Translations under genes and position numbers: made by a program | Shown: one piece after another, positions 57,662 to 64,000 of the stretch | Numbering within the stretch: position 1 is the stretch's first letter | Layout: each line of letters begins with the position of its first letter | The notes under the pieces: model-generated | Told to the model about the DNA's origin: nothing | Database searches by the model: none | The model's input: the letters and a program-made list of their open reading frames with translations, nothing else | Assembly (NCBI GenBank): GCA_030591565.1 | Contig: JAUVAU010000001.1 | Coordinates: 30,572 to 94,571 of the forward strand | Direction of reading: 5' to 3' | DNA: 64,000 bases | Source of the DNA: Deltaproteobacteria bacterium | GTDB lineage: Bacteria; Desulfobacterota; Deferrisomatia; Deferrisomatales; BM512

Positions 57662-59053
57662 TTATTTTCCTATGCAGAACTCGGAAAAAATCCTCTCCAA
57701 CACCTCATCCACCGCCCCATCTCCCAATAGCTCACCCAGCTTCCCTCGGGCCAGATGCAGTTCATTGGCGGCAGCCTCGACGTAGGGGGTCTTTTCAAGG
57801 GTGTCGATGGCGCAGACCACCGAGTTGTGGGCGGCCTCCACCGTTTCCCGGTGGCGAAGCCTTGTCAGCGCCTCTTCGCACTTCGGTCCTGAGCCTGACC
57901 ATGCCCGCTCCCGTAGCGCCAAAAGCAGCTCGTCCACCCCTTCGCCGGTTTTTGCGCAGAGCTGCATCGGCACGCCAAAGTTGGCTTTAATGCGGGAGAG
58001 TGATTTTAGCCCCTTGTCCACTTTGTTGATGACGGCGAGATGGGCGTTGCCCTCAATTGCCTTTGTTGCCTCTGCAAGCTCCTCGTCGGAGAGCTTGATG
58101 CTGCCATCGAAGACGAGCAGGACGAGGTCGGCGGACTTTGCCGCTTGGCGGGCGCGGTTGACGCCTTCGACCTCGATCTCGCAGCCTGATACTCTAAGCC
58201 CCGCCGTGTCGATGATGTGTACCGGCGCGCCAAGGGCGTTGATTCGTACTTCAATCGTATCCCGGGTGGTCCCCGCCACCGGGCTGACGATTGCGCGATC
58301 ATCGTCGGCCATGCGGTTTAGCAGGCTCGACTTGCCCACGTTGGGTGCGCCCACTATCGCGATGCGGTACCCTTCGCGCGCGGTGCGGCCCCAAGCGTAA
58401 GTATCCAGCATTTCACGCATTTTAGTCGACATTGACATGAGCGAGGATTTCAGCTCGGCCCAGTCGGGCAGCCCCACGTCCTCTTCTTCGTCAAAGTCTA
58501 GATAGGATTCGAGGTGCATCAGCACCCTCGCCAATTCATCCTGCCAGTCGCGGGTCAGCGTGGAGAGTCGGCCCTTGAGCAACGCTTCGTGGACCTTGAG
58601 GGATTCCCCGGTTTCGGCCCCGATGATGTCGGCGACGGCTTCGGCCTGAACAAGATCGATGCGGCCACGCAGGAATGCGCGCAGGGTGAACTCACCGGGA
58701 CCGGCCAGCCGTATACCCTCGGCCATTACGACTTCCATGATGGCGTTGGCTGCGGCGCGACCGCCGTGGCAGTGGATCTCCAGGACATCTTCGCGTGTGT
58801 AGGAGTTGGGCCCCGGCATCCAGAGGGCCAGGACTTCATCGATGGTGGACCCCTTGGGGTCGTTGGGATTGGAAACGTGGGCCAGCGCGGCGTAGCGGGG
58901 TTTTAGTTCAAGGGGTTCGCCGCCGGTCGTTCTCAGAAGTTTCCCCGCGACCTCACCGGCTCGGCCACCGCTTAGACGCACGATGGCTATGCCGCCGGGT
59001 CCGGCGGCGGTGGCGATGGCGCATATGGTATCGTCCAGGCTGTTGAGGTTCAT
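57662..59053 (-). CDS. mnmE: tRNA modification GTPase MnmE
   Basis: 463 aa. DTICAIATAAGPGGIAIVRLSG, GAPNVGKSSLLN, DTAGLR. C-terminal CIGK. Confidence 0.92.
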   Translation of the reverse strand: MNLNSLDDTICAIATAAGPGGIAIVRLSGGRAGEVAGKLLRTTGGEPLELKPRYAALAHVSNPNDPKGSTIDEVLALWMPGPNSYTREDVLEIHCHGGRAAANAIMEVVMAEGIRLAGPGEFTLRAFLRGRIDLVQAEAVADIIGAETGESLKVHEALLKGRLSTLTRDWQDELARVLMHLESYLDFDEEEDVGLPDWAELKSSLMSMSTKMREMLDTYAWGRTAREGYRIAIVGAPNVGKSSLLNRMADDDRAIVSPVAGTTRDTIEVRINALGAPVHIIDTAGLRVSGCEIEVEGVNRARQAAKSADLVLLVFDGSIKLSDEELAEATKAIEGNAHLAVINKVDKGLKSLSRIKANFGVPMQLCAKTGEGVDELLLALRERAWSGSGPKCEEALTRLRHRETVEAAHNSVVCAIDTLEKTPYVEAAANELHLARGKLGELLGDGAVDEVLERIFSEFCIGK

Positions 59054-59108
59054 CTCTGTTCCCCTGTAAAAGCAGCTTGGAAGCCGCTTTTCTTTGCCGG
59101 AGTTCCCT

Positions 59109-60734
59109 TTAGCTTTGTATCGCGGGTGCGGCGGGCTTTGGGGTGCTCTTTTTACGCATCATCAACCACTGCTGGAAGATACTCAGGACGTTGTTCCAGA
59201 GCCAGTAGATGACCAGTCCCGAGGGAAAGTCCATGAACATCCAGGTGAACATGACCGGCATGCCGTACATCATGAACTTCATCTGGCCTTCGCTGGCGCC
59301 GGAAGCCGGGGTCAGTTTTTGCTGGATGAACATCGAGGCGCCCATGACAATGGGAGTCACGTAGTAGGGGTCTTTGGCCGCGAGGTCCTGAATCCAGAAC
59401 ATGAAGGGTGCGTGGCGGATATCGATGGAGTACATGAGGCCGCGGTAGAGCGCGATGAATACGGGTATCTGGACCAGGATCGGCAGGCAGCCGCCCATGG
59501 GGTTGACCTTGTGGGTCTTCCACAGGTGCATCATCTCTTTGTTGAGCTTCTCTTTGTTCTCGCCATACTTGTCTTTTAGTATCTGGACCTTGGGAGACAG
59601 CTCCTTCATCCGCGCCATCGACTTGTAGCTCTTGTTGCTCAGCGGCCAGAAGAGCATCTTTATCAGGGTGGTGAGGATGATGATGGCTACGCCGTAGTTG
59701 CCGACCATGGTGAAGAGCAGGTGAAGAAAGTCCATCAGCGGCCCGGAGATCGGCTGGAACCAGCCGTAATCCACTGCACGGTCCAGGTTCAAGCCAACCG
59801 GCACGATTGCATTTTTGGCCTTGGGGCCGACGAAAACACCGGTGGTGAAGCTGTGGACGCCGCCGGGGGGCAAGTCGAACATCTGGCCTGTCAGGGTCAC
59901 TTTGACTGAGGCGTTGCCGCCGATCTCCGGTCCCACGGAGATGTCGAAGTCGCCCGGGTTTCTGGGCACTAGGATGCTCATGAAGTACTTCTGGGTGCAG
60001 CCGGCCCAGGAGATGGCGCCAGCGTCTTTCAGGCCATCCTCCACCGCGTCGTCAACCGCCACATCTTCAAGCTCGTTGTCTTTGAAGTAGACGGGACCCT
60101 GGAAGACATATTTGGACTCTTTGCCGGCGAAATCCTGGCTGACATAGAGGGCGGCGCGGTCGCGCAAGGGGGCTTGTCCACCGTTGGTTATGCTAACCGT
60201 CAGGTCCAGGTCGTAGCGACCGGGGATAAGCGTGTAGCGCTTTTCAACGGTGAGGCCTGTAGGGGTTGTAACAGAATAGACGATGTGCTCGGGGGTGGTC
60301 TCAACTATGGAGTAGAGGGCATCGGGGTTGAGGTCGCCCGAGACCAGCCCAAGGGAGCCGATGGAGTCGATCCCCTTTTGCAACATCACGAGCGGCTTGC
60401 CCTCGGGGCCTGCAACGTCGGTGTATTTGGAGAGAACAGCCCCTTCGACCCGTGCTCCCCAGTTGGTGAGGTTGAAGGTAGCGACATCGTTGGAAAGCTG
60501 TGATTTTTCCACGCCGCTGGCGGGTTGGGCTGGTGTGATTATGTTGTCGATAGTCGCCGCTGCGTCGGGGGCTACCTGCTGAGCCTGTACCGGTTGACCC
60601 TGCACCGGCTGCCCCTGTACCGCCTGGGATTGCGCCTGGGTAGCCACTTGCCTTGGCTGCACAAAATACGTCTGCCAAGCCATGAGGATCATAAAACTTA
60701 TTGCAAGGGCGAGAAGCGTACGCTTTCCATCCAT
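59109..60734 (-). CDS. yidC: membrane protein insertase YidC
   Basis: 541 aa. N-terminal TM, large periplasmic domain, C-terminal GCLPILVQIPVFIALY...P. Confidence 0.9.
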   Translation of the reverse strand: MDGKRTLLALAISFMILMAWQTYFVQPRQVATQAQSQAVQGQPVQGQPVQAQQVAPDAAATIDNIITPAQPASGVEKSQLSNDVATFNLTNWGARVEGAVLSKYTDVAGPEGKPLVMLQKGIDSIGSLGLVSGDLNPDALYSIVETTPEHIVYSVTTPTGLTVEKRYTLIPGRYDLDLTVSITNGGQAPLRDRAALYVSQDFAGKESKYVFQGPVYFKDNELEDVAVDDAVEDGLKDAGAISWAGCTQKYFMSILVPRNPGDFDISVGPEIGGNASVKVTLTGQMFDLPPGGVHSFTTGVFVGPKAKNAIVPVGLNLDRAVDYGWFQPISGPLMDFLHLLFTMVGNYGVAIIILTTLIKMLFWPLSNKSYKSMARMKELSPKVQILKDKYGENKEKLNKEMMHLWKTHKVNPMGGCLPILVQIPVFIALYRGLMYSIDIRHAPFMFWIQDLAAKDPYYVTPIVMGASMFIQQKLTPASGASEGQMKFMMYGMPVMFTWMFMDFPSGLVIYWLWNNVLSIFQQWLMMRKKSTPKPAAPAIQS

Positions 60735-60741
60735 TATATGT

Positions 60742-60981
60742 TCATCCTTTAAAATCGAAGGGAGAGCGATCAGGAACGGGATCGAGGCCCCCAGGGTGAT
60801 GCGGGTGGCATTTCAAAATTCGTTTGGCGGTGAGGGCGCTGCCTGCGAAAAACCCGTGTCGCATGTACGCTTCGTGGGCGTAGGCGCTGCAGGTGGGCTC
60901 GAATCTGCATGCCGGGGGCAGCAGCGGCGAAATCCACTTGCGGTACTGGGTGATCAGCCATGCGGCTATCAGGCGTGCCAT
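60742..60981 (-). CDS. yidD: membrane protein insertion efficiency factor YidD
   Basis: [31 protein letters not shown]...[18 protein letters not shown]. Confidence 0.9.
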   Translation of the reverse strand: MARLIAAWLITQYRKWISPLLPPACRFEPTCSAYAHEAYMRHGFFAGSALTAKRILKCHPHHPGGLDPVPDRSPFDFKG

Positions 60982-61325
60982 CTGTTCAATGCCTTAAGTA
61001 TTTCGTTGGTTACTTCTTCCAGCGTGAGTTTATCGGCTCCCCGCTTGGCGACAACCACAAGGTCCACCGGAGGGTCGATTGTGTGGCGGTTGGCCCTGAA
61101 GGCCTCTCGCACCAAACGCTTGATCCGGTTGCGATCAGGTGCCCTTTTAGCCGTCTTTTTAGAAACAACAAGGCCCAAGCGGCTTGGCGTGCCCTGGGCC
61201 TCGATAGCTATAAAACGAAAATGGTCAGTGTGAAACGAGCTGCCTTCGGTGAAGACCCTGTCGAACTCACACTTTTTCCGTATGCGGCACGACGGTGGAA
61301 ACGTCAGCCGCCGAGTCGAGTTCAA
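60969..61325 (-). CDS. rnpA: ribonuclease P protein component
   Basis: 118 aa. Basic. [29 protein letters not shown] (RNR motif). Lies between rpmH and yidD. Confidence 0.88.
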   Translation of the reverse strand: MNSTRRLTFPPSCRIRKKCEFDRVFTEGSSFHTDHFRFIAIEAQGTPSRLGLVVSKKTAKRAPDRNRIKRLVREAFRANRHTIDPPVDLVVVAKRGADKLTLEEVTNEILKALNRWHA

Positions 61326-61478
61326 CTACTTCTTGGGTATCACGACGGCAAGCACTTTGCGTCCGCGACGACGGCGACGGGCAAGGACATTGCGACCATT
61401 TTTGGTTGCCATGCGGGCACGAAAGCCGTGGACACGCTTACGACGGATACGACTGGGGTTGTAGGTTCTCTGCTGCAT
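61326..61478 (-). CDS. rpmH: 50S ribosomal protein L34
   Basis: Start trimmed to ATG 61478: [45 protein letters not shown].... GGAG lies 9 nt upstream. The 97-aa track ORF is an upstream extension. Confidence 0.9.
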   Translation of the reverse strand: MQQRTYNPSRIRRKRVHGFRARMATKNGRNVLARRRRRGRKVLAVVIPKK

Positions 61479-61619
61479 AGCTTTCTTCTCCGAAAATTGG
61501 CCTCGCCGCGTCATGTTTCCAGCTACGGCGGCGGGCAAAGCGATTCCATATTTGTAAAGAAACGGGGAGATTAGACCCCTTTCCCCCCGACTGTCAAGGG
61601 TTTTACAGACCGCTGACAA

Positions 61620-61895
61620 ACTCTGCCTTTTCTCCGATTTACTTCGTCAGGCTAAAAAATGATCCTCGAAATACGCCGAGTATTCCTCCGGTCATTTTTT
61701 ATATCCTTCCTTATGGACTCGGCCCCCTCTCTGGGGCCTCACCTAAAGGTGCGCTAATGCGCATCCAAGTTTTTGATTTTGAAAACTTGCCTCGAATAAA
61801 ATTCAGTGCTTGTCAACGATCAGCCAGGCTGGGTAAGTAGATAGGCAGACAATTACCAGTAGCCGATTTTCCAGCCAGCTTCCCGTTGTCTACCT
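61620..61895 (+). repeat. intergenic repeat family B, copy B3 (longest, all modules)
   Basis: Contains the left module (CTCTGCCTTTTCTCCGATTTACTTCGTCAGGCTAAAAAATGATCCTCGAAATAC...). Also the hairpin modules shared with 50770-50985, and the right module (CCAGGCTGGGTAAGTAGATAGGCAGACAATTACCAGTAGCCGATTTTCCAGCC) shared with 45.95 kb and 15.4 kb. Confidence 0.88.
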
Positions 61896-61967
61896 TTGTC
61901 GGCAGCCTGGGGTTTTAAGCGATTTGCGGTGTTGATAAATGGGTGCTTATCGTGCAATTTTCATAGG

Positions 61968-63098
61968 ATGATCGAATCCATTTACATCCACGTGCCGTTT
62001 TGCCTTGAGCGTTGCGCCTACTGCAACTTTTATAGCGGTGAGTCGTTGGCACACCTTGGCGAATATCCCGCCCTGCTGGTTGAGGAAATGCGACTGCAGC
62101 GCGAGGGTAGCCCGCTGGGACCGGTGGCTACCCTCTACTTTGGTGGCGGAACTCCCTCGCTCCTTGGCGTCGGTGGGGTTGGGCGCGTGATTGAGGGTGT
62201 GGCGCGGCTTGTGGGGTTGTCCAATGGCGCGGAGGTCACGGTGGAGGTCAACCCGGCGGCGGGTTTGGACTTTGGGGCGCTGGCGAGTGCAGGGGTCAAC
62301 CGGGTCTCCATAGGGGTGCAGGCGCTGGACGACACCCTGTTAAGGATGCTCGGCAGGGTTCACGACAGTGAACTGGCGCTCGAAACGGTGCGCAGCGCGG
62401 TGGGTGCGGGGTTGCGGGTGAGCGGCGACCTCATATATGGGTTCGCTGGCTTGACAGGCGAGCTGCTGGCCCGCTCGGTTGAGGTTTTGACCGGCGAGGG
62501 GGTTGAACATCTGTCGGCGTATTCTCTGGAGATATCAAGTATGTGCGAAGATGCCCCCGCTGTCGAACCCTCTTCCCAGGAGGTTGAGCAGCTGCACTGG
62601 GAGAGTATAATCGAGAGCGCAGCCAGGGCCGGGTTGCGCCAATATGAGGTGTCCAACTTTTGCCTGCCGGGGTGCGAGAGCCGCCATAATGTGAACTATT
62701 GGGAGGGCGGTGGCTACCTTGGCCTGGGTCCGGGTGCGAGGGGGTTTGATCCTGGGAAGGGTAAGTTCGGCACACGCTATTCGACCGTTGAGGAGTTGGC
62801 GAGCTGGTCCGACGCGATTGAGTCGGGTAAGCTTCCGCCCTGCGAGGCTGAGGTGTTGGCCGAGGATGAGGCGCTGCTTGAGAGGCTGTTTCTCGCTTTC
62901 AGGAGGGTCGCACCGCTAAAAAGCCACAAGATACTTGATGGGACATCCTATTCAAAAGTGAGGCTGGACGGGCTCTTTGGTGAGTTGGTGGATGAACGCG
63001 ACCTTGAAAGGATCGGGGAGGATATTTTCCCCACACAGAAGGGGTTGCGGCGGGGTGACGGTCTGGCGGTGTGGGCGATGGAGCGGCTGGAAAGCTGA
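61968..63098 (+). CDS. hemW: radical SAM heme chaperone HemW (HemN-like, oxygen-independent coproporphyrinogen oxidase family)
   Basis: Start trimmed to ATG 61968: MIESIYIHVPFCLERCAYCNFYS (CxxxCxxC). Also YFGGGTPS. Confidence 0.82.
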   Translation: MIESIYIHVPFCLERCAYCNFYSGESLAHLGEYPALLVEEMRLQREGSPLGPVATLYFGGGTPSLLGVGGVGRVIEGVARLVGLSNGAEVTVEVNPAAGLDFGALASAGVNRVSIGVQALDDTLLRMLGRVHDSELALETVRSAVGAGLRVSGDLIYGFAGLTGELLARSVEVLTGEGVEHLSAYSLEISSMCEDAPAVEPSSQEVEQLHWESIIESAARAGLRQYEVSNFCLPGCESRHNVNYWEGGGYLGLGPGARGFDPGKGKFGTRYSTVEELASWSDAIESGKLPPCEAEVLAEDEALLERLFLAFRRVAPLKSHKILDGTSYSKVRLDGLFGELVDERDLERIGEDIFPTQKGLRRGDGLAVWAMERLES

Positions 63099-63216
63099 TT
63101 CGCCTGCTAATTATTTTCCAAAGGAGAGCGCGGAAAAACGCCCTCGCCCATTTTAACTGAAATTGCTATACTCCGCCTCCCCCTGAATATATGACGGATT
63201 GTGGTGAACACGTGAT

Positions 63217-63232
63217 TGTTTCACGTGAAACA
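63217..63232. promoter_or_regulatory. parS (ParB-binding centromere-like site)
   Basis: TGTTTCACGTGAAACA is an exact match to the tGTTNCACGTGAAACa consensus. It is embedded in a 20-bp perfect palindrome ATTGTTTCACGTGAAACAAT (63215-63234), 20 nt upstream of mnmG. Confidence 0.8.
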
Positions 63233-63251
63233 ATTGGAGCAGGCAGTACGG

Positions 63252-64000
63252 ATGATATGGTCTGAAAAGTTTGATGTGGCGGTGGTCGGAGCCGGACACG
63301 CGGGAATCGAAGCAGGTTTGGCTTCCTCTCGCATCGGGGCGAGGACCGCGCTCTTCACGATGGATCTGGATGCCATCGGCAAGCTGTCCTGCAATCCCGC
63401 CATCGGAGGGGTCGCCAAGGGGCATCTGGTGCGCGAGGTCGATGCGCTGGGGGGAGAGATGGGGCGAGCGATTGACGCCACCGGCATACAGTTTCGCCGC
63501 TTGAATACCCGGAAAGGCCCGGCAGTGTGGGCTTCCAGGGCGCAGGCGGACCGTGCTCAGTATGGCCTCCATATGAAGGAGAGGGTCGAGAGCGCCGGAA
63601 ATCTGCTTGTGCGCCAAGAGGAGATTGTCGGCCTGTGGGTGGAGGGTGGAAAACTGGCGGGCGTGGTTGGCAGGACCGGAACCAAATATCCGGCCACCAC
63701 CGTCGTGCTCACGCCGGGGACCTTTCTAAATGGGCTCATCCATATTGGAATGCAGAGTTTTCCCGCCGGGCGCGCGGGTGACCCGCCAGCCAAGCTGCTG
63801 GCTGAGAACCTGAAGGTGCTGGGCTTTCCCATCGGCAGGATGAAAACCGGTACTCCGCCAAGGCTGGCTGCCGCAACGATAGATTGGGAGCGGGTTACAC
63901 CCCAATATGGCGATCCCGATCCTGTGCCCTTTTCAGTTGAAACGGATAGTATAAACCGGCCCCAGTTGCCCTGCTATATCACCTACACCAACTCTGAAAC
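63252..64000 (+). CDS. mnmG: tRNA uridine 5-carboxymethylaminomethyl modification enzyme MnmG/GidA (partial; continues beyond right window edge)
   Basis: ATG 63252. My translation: MIWSEKFDVAVVGAGHAGIEAGLASSRIGARTALFTMDLDAIGKLSCNPAIGGVAKGHLVREVDALGGEMG...MKTGTPPRL. Open to the window end, so it is absent from the ORF track. Confidence 0.92.
   Translation, partial: MIWSEKFDVAVVGAGHAGIEAGLASSRIGARTALFTMDLDAIGKLSCNPAIGGVAKGHLVREVDALGGEMGRAIDATGIQFRRLNTRKGPAVWASRAQADRAQYGLHMKERVESAGNLLVRQEEIVGLWVEGGKLAGVVGRTGTKYPATTVVLTPGTFLNGLIHIGMQSFPAGRAGDPPAKLLAENLKVLGFPIGRMKTGTPPRLAAATIDWERVTPQYGDPDPVPFSVETDSINRPQLPCYITYTNSE

Noticed and set aside
61479-63251. oriC next to rpmH or mnmG.
   Set aside because: dnaA is not present in the window. 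I found no cluster of TTATCCACA-like DnaA boxes and only scattered partial matches. The rpmH upstream region is occupied by a family-B repeat. Only parS is supported.

Overview
GC-rich (hand counts of about 58-65% in typical coding lines) bacterial chromosomal window, almost fully coding: about 60 supportable CDS, 2 tRNAs, 1 candidate riboswitch. The many long antisense ORFs in the six-frame track are GC-driven shadows. Three things suggest an origin-proximal region of an anaerobic Deltaproteobacteria/Desulfuromonadales-like organism, by inference only: (a) the order rpmH-rnpA-yidD-yidC-mnmE, with mnmG preceded by a perfect parS; (b) a stand-alone atpZ-atpI-atpB-atpE F0 operon; (c) rubredoxin plus a flavodiiron protein and dense PAS/sigma-54 signalling genes. 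Housekeeping blocks: prs, tRNA-Gln, ispE; glmU-glmS-pcrA, tRNA-Leu; bioB-bioF-bioD-(nitroreductase)-bioA; cysK plus two transsulfuration paralogs; phoB-phoR; grpE-dnaK; rnr-ubiB. Observations worth follow-up: (1) an AT-rich two-gene island (26.2-27.9 kb) encoding a nucleotidyltransferase-fold protein coupled to a protein with an RNxxAH (HEPN-like) motif. It looks like an atypical, enlarged MNT/HEPN-type toxin-antitoxin or defence module. (2) A REC-only regulator translationally coupled to a transmembrane HAMP-PAS protein. Its histidine-kinase core is degenerate (phospho-His and N-box Asn both replaced) and it is fused to an intact DEDDh exonuclease. An atypical TPR/wHTH/BTAD regulator lies next to it. 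(3) Three intergenic repeat families, including a roughly 100-290 bp multi-hairpin element in 6 copies. Five of those copies start just after a co-oriented stop codon. (4) A Moco/Tuco-like riboswitch candidate upstream of an orphan tungstate-type binding protein. Its promoter and 5' half are duplicated 1.2 kb upstream, bracketing a DUF805-flavodoxin pair. (5) A consensus sigma-54 promoter plus an AT-rich 34-bp palindrome upstream of a REC-PATAN-Roadblock gene, adjacent to an NtrC-type two-component pair. All family assignments come from reading motifs by eye. No searches were run.
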